Source: Octopus vulgaris
Lineage: Eukaryota
NCBI GenBank assembly: GCA_951406725.2
Contig: OX597830.1
Span: 13,764,001-13,828,000, forward strand
Length of the DNA stretch: 64,000 nt
Direction: 5' to 3'
Position 1 is the first letter of the stretch. The number at the start of each line of letters is the position of its first letter. The translations under genes were made by a program, and so were the position numbers. The notes under the pieces are model-generated. The model saw only the letters and a list, made by a program, of their open reading frames with translations. It did not search any database and had not been told where the DNA came from. Positions 1 through 13,613 of the stretch are shown in pieces.

Positions 1-330
1 AGAAAAGTCTATAGTTTGTAAGATATTTGTTGTTTTTTTTTCTTCAATTTCTGCAATTTCAACCAATCACTGACGTCTATTGAGGTAAAAAAACATTATG
101 TGCCGTATGAATATGTCCCACGTTTAAGAAACAGATTGGGTTTATTTACATTTGTGAAGAAAAACGAGATACCCTTCCCCCCACCCCTAACCCTAACCCT
201 AACTAATCCTAACTAACCCTAACCCTAAAAGAGATTGAAATGCAATAGATCGATACTAGGGCCATAATTATGGTTGACAATTTCGTATGACACTACCGGA
301 AAACACGGCCGTTCAAACCGAAAAGATCCG
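1..330. mobile_element. MITE (right part, cut by the window edge) with internal CCCTAA repeats; same family as 23118-23539 and 62404-62815
   Basis: Closely matches the other two copies and ends in the TIR ccgttcaaaccgaaaagatccg; (CCCTAA)n at about 186-227. Confidence 0.85.
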
Positions 331-699
331 AAATTAACACTATCAACTTAGAAAACATTCGTCTGTTGTACATTTTGCTGCGACGAGTTGTGCCTCATCA
401 TTTTCCGTCTCTACCATTTTTCATATGTACTAGGTGTCAATTTACTGATTTCGCCTTATATCATCATCATCAATATTGTATAAGTTATTGATTAGTGAGA
501 GTCGTTATAGCACCAACTTTGCCATTAATCATTACTGGGTTGATGAAATAATGCACAATTCAAGTACTAGGGTCGATGTCTTTTCTTGACTAGCTGTGTG
601 TGTGTGTGTGTGTGCGTGTGTGTGTTCGTGCGTGTATGTGTGTGTCTGTGCCTGTTCGTCTCTCAGATTTGGTTTAACTTTTAACTCAGCCTCGTTATA

Positions 700-932
700 T
701 ATTTCTTTACTACTCACAAGGGGCTAAACACAAAGGGGACAAACAAGGACAGGCAAAGGGTTTAAGTCGATTACATCGACCCAAGTGCGCAACTGGTACT
801 TAATTTATCGACCCCGAAAGGATGAAAGACAAAGTCGACCTCGGCAGAATTTGAACTCAGAACGTAACGGCAGACGAAATACGGCTACGCATTTCACCCG
901 GCATGCTAACGTTTCTGCCAACTCGCCGCCTT
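700..932 (-). mobile_element. tRNA-derived SINE family A (Nin/Deu-like central domain)
   Basis: Minus strand has ggcggcgagttggcagaa head, box B-like gagttcaaattc and central tttcatcctttcggggtcgataaattaagtacc; 16-bp TSD actcagcctcgttata at 684-699 and 933-948. Confidence 0.9.
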
Positions 933-1178
933 ACTCAGCCTCGTTATAGTCAATACACTGAAATCACCAGCTGATCGTAAGCCCAAATATAAGAGACGAA
1001 AGAAGCTGATAATCTCTACTTAGAAAGAAACCTACATCCTACGGAAACCCCCCTGAAAGTTATTTTGCTGGTTATTTCTAACTTTTAGACAGAGCGGGAA
1101 GGATAGCAATTCATGCCTCTTTGCTTTTAGGGCCTCCAATAACATTGAAAGGAGGACAGGAAGTTATTTTCTTTAAAC

Positions 1179-1362
1179 CAGGGCTCCCCAAACATTTTAT
1201 ACCATCGGCCCCTTCGTGGAATCTTTGAGCACTCATCGACCCCCTCCCCCAGGCATGTACAAGAAAATAAATAAATAATAATAATAGATGTGCATTTATC
1301 GACTCCTTGAATAGTCCCATCGACACGCAGGGGTCGATATCGACCATTTCGGAAACCCCCTG
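1179..1362. mobile_element. hAT-type MITE
   Basis: Termini CAGGGCTCCCCAAA and TTTCGGAAACCCCCTG; perfect 8-bp TSD ctttaaac at 1171-1178 and 1363-1370. Confidence 0.8.
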
Positions 1363-1466
1363 CTTTAAACAGAAGACCAAGTTCAAATGATTGCAACATA
1401 GTTGCTTCTCTAAAGATACGCACGGTCCAGTTGATGTTTAACCGGTTGACGGATTATAGAATATAT

Positions 1467-1698
1467 GATTCTTTACTACCCACAAGGGGCTAAACATATA
1501 GGGGACAAACAAGGATAGACAAACGAATTAAGTCGACTACATCGACCCCAGTGCATAACTGGTACTTAATTTATCGACCCCGAAAGGATGAAAGGCAAAG
1601 TCGACCTCAGCGGAGTTTGAACTCAGAACGTAACGACAGACGAAATACAGCCATGCATTTCGCCCGGCGTTCTAAAGTTTCTGCCAGCTCGCTGCCTT
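1467..1698 (-). mobile_element. SINE family A
   Basis: Matches 700-932; 17-bp TSD cggattatagaatatat at 1450-1466 and 1699-1715. Confidence 0.9.
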
Positions 1699-2208
1699 CG
1701 GATTATAGAATATATTAAACCTGTAGACCGATTTATAGAATATTAGAATCCTTTCAGTTGGAATATTCCATTTTCTCATGGAAACTCTAGTTGGGCATAT
1801 CACCAATAATGAAAAACTTATCCTGTAGGCAAGATTTAGAGGTCACGATGCCGAAGAAGCTTCATAACATCAAATTATCTATTTTGATTATTAAATGTGA
1901 AAGTAAAGTAAATATCTTAATTCATCAAAAACAAGCAGTTGGTTAGCAAACAGTTGTTGAGAAGTAAGTTAACATCTACGTAGTGATATATATGTAACCA
2001 TCTTATTAGAATATCTCATTATTGGTGGAGTTAGCAATCAAACTTTTATTTAAATTATCGGAGCACAAACAACACGAAATATAAAGCATAATCAATTCAT
2101 ATCCTGTTGAATCAAACTAACATTCCAAATATTGTGCGAATACAGGCGATTAAGGTTACTTGTAATTCGAGGATATTTTGTATTTGGAGCACAGTTGGAA
2201 AAAAATGC

Positions 2209-2209
<1 letters not shown>

Positions 2210-2239
<30 letters not shown>

Positions 2240-2481
2240 CATACATACATACATACATACATACATGAATGCATGCATACATACATACGTACATGCATAC
2301 ATACATACATACATACATACATACATACATACATACATACATGCATGCATGCATACATACATACATACCTACATACATACATGCATACATACATACATAC
2401 ATACATACATGTATACATACATACATACATACATACATACATACATGCATGCATGCATACATACATACATACATACATATA
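2210..2481. repeat. (TACA)n microsatellite
   Basis: Direct reading; adjoins a minus-strand SINE family B fragment at about 2480-2562. Confidence 0.95.
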
Positions 2482-2651
2482 CGACGGTATTTAGGTTTCC
2501 GTCGATCAAATTCCCTCATAAGTCTTTGGTCTGCTCGGGGCTATAGTAAAAGACACTTGCTCACTTGTATATCTTATATATATGTAGATGTATGTGTGCA
2601 TACATGTGTGTGTAATGTGCGTGTGCATGCGTGTGAGTATGCGCATATTAA

Positions 2652-2700
<49 letters not shown>

Positions 2701-2702
<2 letters not shown>

Positions 2703-3102
2703 TTTGGCATTCAAAGTTACTCCAACCGCAGAACGGGGCGCCGCTGCGTGGTGCCAAGGATTCCAACATCACCATCAAAATACAGGTCCAGATACTGCAA
2801 CAGTTTGGGTTTCAGAGGACCACAGCTCTTTAACATCCTCCCTAAATGCCTGAGAGACTTACATGGTGTGGATGTGGGTTTCTTTAAAACTAAACTGGAT
2901 CTCTTCTTGTTGGGAGTCCCAGATGAACCTACCTCCCGACAGGAGACACGGATGCGGGCAGCAGCATCGAACTCCCTTGTTGATCAAGTGCCACGTATCA
3001 GAGGTGGATTCACAAACTAGTGTAGCTCATTCAGCGGTGGTGCCCCAGAATGGCCGCGGCATTCGGGCTAAAACATTTTTAAGGATTTAAGGATTTAAGG
3101 AT
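2701..3102 (+). mobile_element. 5'-truncated CR1/L2-group LINE, 3' end of ORF2 plus tail
   Basis: Peptide NSLGFRGPQLFNILPKCLRDL...FKTKLDLFLLGVPDEP is typical of CR1-group ORF2 C-termini; stop at 3020, short UTR, tandem (aaggattt) tail, (TA)n on both sides. Confidence 0.8.
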
Positions 3103-3295
3103 ATATATATATATATATAAACTCTGACCTTAATCCTATTTTTATTTTCCAATCACTTTCGGAATTACAACAATTGGTGGGTTGGAGCTTTAACTGCCCT
3201 TTCTAGCGAGTCAGATATCCTATTCTTCGGGTATCTCTTTTGTGTTTGAACGTACACTGTATTCTTCTTTGAATATATATATATATATATATATA

Positions 3296-3505
3296 ACGGG
3301 AAGCTTTATGAAAATAAACAAAAGACGAAGGCAGGTGGAGTACAAACAAACAATTGTATTAGTATGGCGCTCAGGAATATAAATAAAACAAGTCTTTTAC
3401 GTTTCGAGCCTACGCTCTTCGACAGAAAGATACACAGAAAAGAAACACGGAGAGAAACAAGGAGAGAAAAAATGCGTGCAGAAGCTAGCGATTCAACATG
3501 AGAAC
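3296..3505 (-). mobile_element. (TA)n-associated non-autonomous element with hammerhead-like motif (HHR family 2)
   Basis: Homologous to 10541-10675 and 47466-47665; abuts (TA)n. Confidence 0.7.
3393..3430 (-). ncRNA. Minimal type I hammerhead-like motif, A6U variant
   Basis: UCUUU-CUGUCGAA-GAGC/GUAG/GCUC-GAAA-CG-UA-AAAGA: stem I, core, stem II, GAAA, palindromic ACGU stem III, GUA site. Confidence 0.6.
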
Positions 3506-3928
3506 GAGCACCTAATCTTCTTCCGGCAATGCTATGTGTATAACATAGAAGATATGTATGTAGAAGATAGCATAGCATGTTTGTCGGTAGGTGTCATTTC
3601 TACATCAGCTTTAAGTTACTAAGAACTGTTTCTATGCATTCTTATTTATTGTTAAGACAACGAAGGATAGCGTATCTGTAGACATATATATATATACATA
3701 CACACACACACAAACAGCGGCACACATACACACACGAACACATACACACATCTGCATGTATATCTATCAGTATATATGTAAACATACAGTGAAAGATAGG
3801 GATAGAGAAGCAGAGAAAGAGGGAGAGAGAGAGAGGGGGAGAGAGAGAGGGAGAGAGAGAGGTAGAGAGAGAGAGAGAGGGAGAGAGAGAGGGAGAGAGA
3901 GAGAGAGAGATACCTGTACAGAGACATA

Positions 3929-4913
3929 CAGTGGCGCCATATAATTTAAGAACGCTAGTACACTAATCTTAAAATGGCATTTTTCATATATTCAAATTGT
4001 AAATTTTGAATTAAGATATATATCAAAATAAAGAAAATTTCATGAGATTTAATATGGTATACAACTTTACAGCTTATCATCAACATATTAATTTAAAAAT
4101 AAAAATAAACCTTTATTATCGTATTTTCTAGCGTCATTTCATATATTCGAGTATGTAAGAAGGCATATAGGAGAAGAATATCATCCAGAATGCATCCGAT
4201 CTACAATTAAGTACGGTGGTGGAAGTGTGATGGTGTGGAGGTGGATGTTCGGAAAAGGTATCGGTCCTATAATTCGAATCAAGGGTATTATGGATAGTAA
4301 GTCCTATCTAGAAATATTGAATAAGACTATGCTTCCATAGGCCCGAAAGCATTTGGGCCAATCTTGCACTTTCCAACATGACAACGACTCGAAACACATC
4401 GCGCACCTAGTCAGAGATTACATTAGGTCTGAGAGAGTTCGATTGATGCAGTGGCCGGCGCAGTCACCCGACCTAAATCCCATTGGAAATCTTTGGGAAT
4501 GGTTGGGTAGAGCTGCGCAAAGTAGTAAGCCAAAGAATAAGGATGACTTTTATTTAAACATTATTAGCCAAAACTGTGAAAAAATCTCAGGAACAGTGAT
4601 AAATGATCTGAAAAATTCTATGTTTAGCAGATGCAAAGCTGTATTAAGTAATTTTGGATAACCAACCAAATACTGAGTGTCTAAGCTTATTGTTTTTTTG
4701 TTGATCTCAGAATAAACATTTTAAAGCAAAAAAAGAAATTTTACAAATCGTTCTTAAATGAAATGGCGCTACAAATTACAATAGTTAAGATTTATTTTTA
4801 ATTTAAAATTAATATGTTGATATATATATTAATTCACAATTTACAACTTGAATATATGAAAATGTCGGTTTAACACAAGTATACTAGCGTTCTTAACTGA
4901 AGTGGCGCCACTG
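3929..4913 (+). mobile_element. Internally deleted Tc1-like transposon
   Basis: TA-CAGTGGCGCCA...TGGCGCCACTG-TA, long imperfect TIRs, inner repeat of the terminal motif at about 4749-4772, transposase remnant inside. Confidence 0.93.
4153..4675 (+). pseudogene. Tc1 DDE transposase catalytic-domain fragment
   Basis: KYGGGSVMVW, FQHDNDSKH, WPAQSPDLNPIGNLW (catalytic E replaced by G); in-frame stops; N-terminus deleted. Confidence 0.9.
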
Positions 4914-5871
4914 TATGCATATATATATATATATGTATACATGTATGTACATTCTGAATTAATATCTGTATTCACACATAGGTAGGCATACACATAAAGG
5001 ACAAACACATATACCGTGCCCTTTGTATATTCTCTTACATAAACACAAACGCATTCATTCTCATTTTTATGACCGGTATGTGTGCTGTTCTATGTAAATA
5101 TGTGTGACTGCATGTGTACATGAGGGCGTATGTGTTTGTATGTGTACATGTGTACAAATAGGATGATGAATTTACGTACGTGTTTTTATGTTTTAGAGTT
5201 GTGATGTGTGTCTAAAATGTGTGTCTAAAATGCTAGTGTGAGGACGTAACTGGTGGATGGGAAAAAGGCGTAATGAATCTCCATGAGAAATGGAAGTGGA
5301 AGAAAGTTTAATGGGCAGCTTAGAAAGAAAGATATCAGAGATCCTTTCAGCTGCACTCCAGGCCTCATAGGCTTAGATGTGAATTGAGTAGCATTGACAT
5401 GGATCATCTTGTCTTAGATCCATCTAACACAATAGGGACTTCCTGGAATGATCTAGAACATATCTGAAGGATAGAGAGAAAGTGAAAGTAGAGACACAGA
5501 GAGTATACACCCACACACACATATATATATATATACATACAGAGAGAGAGAGAGAGAGAGAATGAGAGCGAGGAAGGGAGAAAGATAAGAGGAAGGAAGG
5601 TATATTGAAATTCAAAGATATGAGGGAATTAGCTTGTAGTTTCTCTCGGTCCCAAAGGTATATTCCACGACTTCAGTTATAAGATATCCACGTATCCATA
5701 TTTATTTATTTGCTTTCTTCTTCGTTTCTTTCTCTCATACACATTCAGTCTACGGAAATAAGCAATTACGTTCATAAGCACACTAGCATCCTACGCGCTC
5801 CTACAAGCACATGTAAATACACATAAACACACGTTCAAGCATATATATACATATACATATATACATATACA

Positions 5872-6027
<156 letters not shown>

Positions 6028-6125
6028 TTCATTTTCTTCGTTACTTTTTCTGATACACACAAAAAAAACTTGCGCAAACACTGATTCGTAACTATGCAAT
6101 CCTTTCCATATACAGACTACCATAA

Positions 6126-6189
<64 letters not shown>

Positions 6190-6246
6190 CACGCGCGCAC
6201 TAACACACAAATTCACAGAGATATACATGCACGTATGCTTGTGTGC

Positions 6247-6299
<53 letters not shown>

Positions 6300-6416
6300 C
6301 GATTTGGTTTTTGGCCTTCCGTGTATACTGGATGTGAGCGTATCAAAACTCCTTAGATTGCTGTTGACGTCAACCATCGCAAAATATTGTTATCGTCGAT
6401 AAAAGGGATATCCGTT

Positions 6417-6455
<39 letters not shown>

Positions 6456-6662
6456 CATTTTACATTGACATCGATATCACATCAAAAACTGTGTATTTCG
6501 ATATCATCACTGACAGAAAATGTGAAGACAACGACAACAAACAAACAAACACAAGACAAACAACCAAATAAAAAAAAACACCACATCAAAAACAACAACG
6601 ACCATATAATAAAGCTGATGGATTTTAGCAATATTAATGATCTCATATACATACATACGTAC

Positions 6663-6934
<272 letters not shown>

Positions 6935-7179
6935 ATATGTTTACAGATGTTTTGCACCAAGATTCAGACGAGTTTGCCGAGTAATGGTGATAAATAAAAA
7001 TGCCTACAATTATTTGGAAGCTGTAAAAGAAACGTGAATTTCATTTCTGACTTGTTTTTTTCCCCCCAGTCTCTTTAAGTAATTGCTCGTTTTCTTTTGG
7101 CCACATAAACACACATAGAATATACACGAACACCTATACACTCACATTGGCACATGTAGATGATAAATATATATACCAC

Positions 7180-7226
<47 letters not shown>

Positions 7227-7435
7227 CAGGGAAACGCACACACACGACACGTAGAGAGCATCATTTTTTCTCCGTCTTTCATGGCATTTCCATTACGTTT
7301 ACTCTTTAACTTACAAATGTCTTCCTTTCTATTTTTAACGCTACGTAAATACATACATATATATATATATACATACATATGTATCTATGTATGTATATAC
7401 ACACAAAGATATATACATGTATATGTTTGTGTGTT

Positions 7436-7554
<119 letters not shown>

Positions 7555-7889
7555 ATATATACATATATCTATATATATATATATATACACGTATATACAC
7601 ACATACTAACACACACACACATACATACATATATCTATATGTATGTGTGTGTGTGTTAGTATGTGTGTATATACGTGTATATATATATATATATATATAG
7701 ATATATGTATATATATACAGCGAGTGCGTATATAAGCGAGTGCGTGTGCATGTGTGTTTGTGTGTATGTGACATGTATGTAGTTGTTTGCATGTGTGAAA
7801 ATGCTAAAAAAAAAAAATTCATTCTCAAGCTGACAATATCAGCAATGACAAGTCAACCATCTTTATTCACTTTCCCCAAAGATAACATT

Positions 7890-8125
7890 TCCCCCTCCTC
7901 CTCCTCTCTTCTTCCTCTTCCTCTTCTTCTTCATATTTCTCCTCTCCCTCCTCCTCCTCCTCCTCCTCCTCCTCTTCCTGCTCCTCTTCATTCTTCTTTC
8001 CCCTCCTCCCCTTCTTTTTGTTGTTGATTTTCTTCTTATTCTTCCTCCTCTTCTTTTTGATGTTGTTGTTCTTCTTGTTCTTCTTCTGTTTCTTGCTCTT
8101 CTTCTTTTTCTTCTCTTCTTCTTCC

Positions 8126-8156
<31 letters not shown>

Positions 8157-8597
8157 CTTCCTGCTCCTCTTCATTCTTCTTCTTCTTCTTCTTCTTCTTC
8201 TTCCTGCTCCTCTTCATTCTTCTTCTTCTTCTTCTTCTTCTTCTTCTTCTTCTTCTTCTACTTCATCTTCTTCTTTTCCAACAGCTTCTTCTGGATCTGC
8301 TTTTTCTTCTTATCATCATCACCATCATCATCATTATTATCCTAATCATCATCATCACTATAATAATAATAATAATAATCATCATCATCATCATCATCAT
8401 CATTATCATCATCATCATCATCATTATCATCATTATCATCATCATCATCATCATCATCATTATCATCATCATCATCATCATCATCATTATCATCATCATC
8501 ATCATCATCATCATTATCATCATCATCATCATCATCATCATTATCATCATCATCATCATTATCATCATTATCATCATCATCATCATCATCATCATTT

Positions 8598-8674
<77 letters not shown>

Positions 8675-8698
8675 TATCCTAATCATCATCATCATCAC

Positions 8699-8752
<54 letters not shown>

Positions 8753-8771
8753 CATCATTATTGTTATTATA

Positions 8772-8828
<57 letters not shown>

Positions 8829-8924
8829 GCGTGTTTTTTTTTTCTGATCTGCATTTTAAAATTTCTTCATATATACCTTTTGCTACTGCATCACTTCGTC
8901 TTCCTCATCACTATATCTTTCGTT

Positions 8925-8990
<66 letters not shown>

Positions 8991-9190
8991 AATATCATTA
9001 TTATTATTATTATTTTTGTTGTTGATGTTGTTGTAATTGTTGTTGTTGTTGTTGTTGTTGATGATGATGTTGTTGTTATTTGCTGCTGCCGGTGCTGCTG
9101 CTGCTGCTGCTGCTGTTGCTGTTGTTGTTGCTGTTGTTGTTCTAGCTGTTGCTAATCCGACAGCAGTTGTAGTTGTTGTTATTGCTGCTT
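7890..9190. repeat. Compound trinucleotide array (CCT/CTT, CAT, AAT, ATT, GTT, GCT)
   Basis: Direct reading; accounts for the poly-I/H/N/M ORFs. Confidence 0.95.
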
Positions 9191-9549
9191 CCTAGGAAGC
9201 GAGTTAGTGATCAAGGAAATCTATGCAATAATTAGCATTTGGTACTTCTGTTAATTGCCAATCAATTTGTTTTATCGATGCTGCTCTGTACGCTCTCATG
9301 CACATAAACATAATTTTATCTTCCTCCATCTCTCACTCTCTCATCCATGCACACAAATTATTTCTTTGTGTCTTTCTTTCTTTCTTTCTTTCTTTCGTTC
9401 TCTCTTTTTGTATCTCTCTTTATTTCACTTTCAATATATCTACATATGCGTACATATACACCCACAAAAACTGCCATCTGCATACATACATACATACATA
9501 CATATATACATACATACCTACATATATATACATACATACATAATTTACA

Positions 9550-9590
<41 letters not shown>

Positions 9591-10540
9591 TACATATATA
9601 TATACGTTATATATATATTATATACATTATATATTATATACATATATAAACACCCACACACATATGTGTATATGAACATGCGTGTGTAGATGTGGTTGCG
9701 TATACACACATATACATACATACATACATACGCACACAAAGTAATTTATATATATTCATACTTTTTTGATGATTTCGCTATTTGTGCTTAATTTAGTGTG
9801 GGAAGGCGGATCTGGTTGGTAGTGAGGAAGTTGTGTTGAAGTGTTATGGCTGTTGGCTACCGAACGATAACGTATGTCATGTTTAGTTGGGTGAAAAAGG
9901 TGATGTTGTTGCGTTCATCCTTTTTGAGGTGTATGCGGGTCGTATTAAATTCGAATCGAAATTAGGTCTCCGACTCATGCCACAAGGATTTTTATCTTTA
10001 AAACATTACCTACATGTTTTATGGATATTCCATTGATTTCGGCAATAAATATTCAATTTTTCGATCAATTAAACGATGTACTCTTTGGATTCATGTATAT
10101 AGAGTAGTTGGTTATATCACAGACACGTGTTTTATTAATGTAATGCTGAGGAAAAAATGAACTGACACAGAATGTAACAACGTCGGAGCTTTTTAAATCA
10201 TGGGTATATCGCTCTGAAGGACTTTCACACGGATAGCATCAACCAAATTTCACTCTTGGGTCGGTCGAGATTATGATAAAAGATCCTTGTTGAAGATGCT
10301 ACACAGCTGGATCGAACTAAGATCACGTGGTTTCTAAGAAAACTTCAAAACCATTGGGTTATGATTCGTCCATTAAATCTTCGGGGACGAAAGTTTTCTT
10401 TGACTCGCCTGTTAAGTGTTCAGTTTATATATACAATAAACTAGCACAGTGCTAATCAAGTATTTAATGAGACAACCAAAAGTTGAAAATGAAGATTGAT
10501 AAGTACCCACTAAAAACCTATTCAGAGTATATATATATAT

Positions 10541-10672
10541 TTAAGTCGCCATGATAGATCGTTTGCCACTACACACATTTTTTTTCCCTCCTTGTTTCTC
10601 TTCTTGTTTCTTCTGTGTCCCTTTCTGTAGAAGATCGTAGGTTCGAAACGTAAAAGACTTTTCGTAAACTCT

Positions 10673-10675
<3 letters not shown>
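10541..10675 (+). mobile_element. HHR family 2 element, internally deleted; motif at 10621-10656
   Basis: CUUU-CUGUAGAA-GAUC/GUAG/GUUC-GAAA-CG-UA-AAAG; (TA)n on both sides. Confidence 0.7.
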
Positions 10676-10741
<66 letters not shown>

Positions 10742-12880
10742 CGTTAAATTCATATGTGTGTGATCTGTGAATAAAATATACTGATTAAACGTCAATAATA
10801 TTTAGATGTAACATGGAAATTATTATTTGAGAGAGAATATCCCGGTTTTGAATTAATCTGGGTTTTTGAGAGCTACAGCAGTTAGTATTGCAATTTAAAC
10901 AAGGGTTTGGTCGTGACTAGAATTAATATTAACACAAGTCCTATTATTCAGGAGAGTGGTAGAAGACAAAGAAGAAAAAATATCAGTAGGAAGCTGCATA
11001 TTATGATATTGCGATAATCTAAAAACGGAAATCTAATCTGAATAACTCTACCAAAGATATCCACTAGCCATACATTGGTGCTAAATCTTGTAACTGATTA
11101 AGACATCTCCAAAGTATGTCATTCGATGGATTTCTGCATAATTTCCGTGAGCCCGGTTGCACTCGAGAGGTGATCAACTCTCAGCATCCTATTCACTTGT
11201 AATTGCTTCATGGAGGAACTGATGACGAATGAGATGTTCACCTGGCCCAGACAGATCCTTTCATCAACGGATCATGTTCTATGACAAGTTTCTGCCGTTA
11301 GTATTTTGTAAACATTTGCTTCCAATATTCTATGATATTGTTTAGTTTGGAAGTGGTGATTGTATTAGTGATATTTCTCATGTCAAAAGAATTTTTTTGA
11401 CTGAAATGTTATTACAACATATACATAGAAAAATAACATTTTAGACCCGCTGTTAGTCGTTGTTATTATGTCTTTGAAAGCGTGGCATCATTGATATTTC
11501 TATCATATCTGAAAATTATCGCATTCAGTATATTTTATTAATTATTTTGTATATATCTCTTAGTTTAAATGTTATTATGACGAAGCAGTCCCCAGAACAA
11601 GTCAAAGAAGATGACTTCACTATGCAACAAGTTTTTGTGATAAGTTTCAAGGACTGACTAAATATTATACACTATTCGAAAGATTGTCTTGACATATCTT
11701 GAATCTCAAACTTCATGTTCCCTTCTGAGAGAAAATCACTCTTCCCATAAAATCTTCTATTTGATGTTAAGTTGATTGCAATTCCCAGTATGAATTCCAA
11801 AAGCATTAATGAAAGAAGAGAAACTTCATATACAATACTTTTACTGCCTTTGGTTATTCTATCTTTATATAGAGTATCACCACGTTTTCATTAGCACTAA
11901 GTCTGACAAAAAAGACAGATCATTTGATGCGGATAGTTCTGGTGTGAGAAGCAACGTTACTGCTCTGAATAATTCGTTACTATTGTAGATTAAATTATAA
12001 TCCTGTTGTATTAATGCATCATTCCAAGGACGAATTATATCATAAGCCTTTCAGTCCATAATTTAGATCTTGAGCAATAAAACTGTAGATTCCATTGGCA
12101 TTCGCGACTGATGTAGCGCATCAAGAGTTAATAAGGATGGAGTGATGAATATGTATCGCTATATATGTGAAAATAATAACAGCATTTTTATCACCTCCTT
12201 TATGCAAGTAAAACCTCACATCGCCATCACTGAAGGAATAAACTAACTCATTTGTTAGTTCAAACACTTACTCTAAAGTTATGAAAGTATAAGACAGAGT
12301 GAGGGGAGAAAATAAATAGTAAGTGTGAATCATCCCTTGACAGACAGTATTACTCAACAGGGAGTTCACAATCAGTCTAATGAAAATAGTAGGAAATCAG
12401 AGTATAGCCGAATGGGCAAATGTTAGAAATTTTCATCAATTGTCAATAGGAAATCATAAGAGTTTTGGTACCTAGGTTACGCTGTTCATTCCAACGCTGC
12501 CCACAACCCATTAGAATGGTGAGAGCAAAGATGTGCGCGCACAAAAAAAAAAGGGTTAATGGCATGACAAAAATGAGAATACAATGACCAGTTTAAGACA
12601 GGAAAATATAGATCGTATAAGGAGATAATAAAAGATTGGTTTTTGACCGGAAAAATTGTTAAACTAACGCACATAGAACGCCAAATGGCCTTGAACAACG
12701 GATCAGGAGAGACAGAAACAGTTATCACGAAAGCAGAAGAAAGAGGTTTAGAAGTGAAGAGGGAAACAGGAGGAAGATCTTAAGGCAAATCGCTTGTAAG
12801 AAATGATGGAATATACAATATGGAAATGCCGGAATTGATGTGACACCAATATGTTTTCATTATAGGTTTGTTCAACTTAT

Positions 12881-13136
12881 AATGTGGTTAAGAGCGCGGG
12901 CTACTAACCCCAAGATTCTGAGTTCGATTCCAGGCAGTGACCTTAATAATTATAACATCAAAAAATACCTTAGGAATGAGAACCCAGGTTCAAAATTTCC
13001 ACCAAGACACCTGATGAAAGCTGGTGGGTATACAAGCAGAAATGTGCTAACAACAAACAAGATGAGGATAAGTATCCGTCAAATATAAATAATGTATATA
13101 ATGTACATAATTCCTCATCTTTTAAATATAGAACTA
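12881..13136 (+). mobile_element. tRNA-headed element with hammerhead-bearing body (HHR family 1), degenerate HHR
   Basis: gtggttaagagcgcgggctactaa...gagttcgattcc (box B at about 12922-12930), AAT linker, then agacac-CTGATGA...GAAA at 13005-13042; body matches 24363-24560 and 38252-38425. Confidence 0.8.
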
Positions 13137-13170
<34 letters not shown>

Positions 13171-13239
13171 CATACATACATACACTCGAACAGATCTAAT
13201 GTTGCAAGTTATCGATGCTGCTGATGGTACTGTTTTTAT

Positions 13240-13305
13240 TGCTGTTGAGCGAACGGTCTTCGTCCCAGAGCTCGCAAGATGGGAGAAGTCCGAAACGTGG
13301 TCCTT
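13240..13305 (-). mobile_element. 3' fragment of SINE family C
   Basis: Reverse complement of about 21425-21490. Confidence 0.75.
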
Positions 13306-13334
13306 ATGTAAATATATGCATATAAATATATGCA

Positions 13335-13403
<69 letters not shown>

Positions 13404-13492
13404 AAGTATATATACACACATATATATATGCATATATACATATATATATATGTGTGTGTATGTATATATTTATATATATATTTGTATATACG

Positions 13493-13523
<31 letters not shown>

Positions 13524-13538
13524 GTATATATATATATG

Positions 13539-13613
<75 letters not shown>

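Noticed and set aside
186-227. CCCTAA repeats as a chromosome end
   Set aside because: Internal to a MITE present three times in the window
1111-1423. Two complex-looking minus-strand ORFs
   Set aside because: They run across a hAT MITE with a perfect TSD, so they are chance ORFs
11400-12480. Possible ancient LINE RT remnant on the minus strand
   Set aside because: No motif can be read with confidence; needs a translated HMM search
12881-12940. tRNA gene (also the heads at 21116, 22260-22329 and 27371)
   Set aside because: Incomplete cloverleaf, fused to repeat bodies; these are SINE heads
13241-13303. CUGUUGA...hairpin...GAAACGU antisense to the SINE C tail as a hammerhead
   Set aside because: No stem I, G at the cleavage position, and not preserved in the 27.7-kb copy
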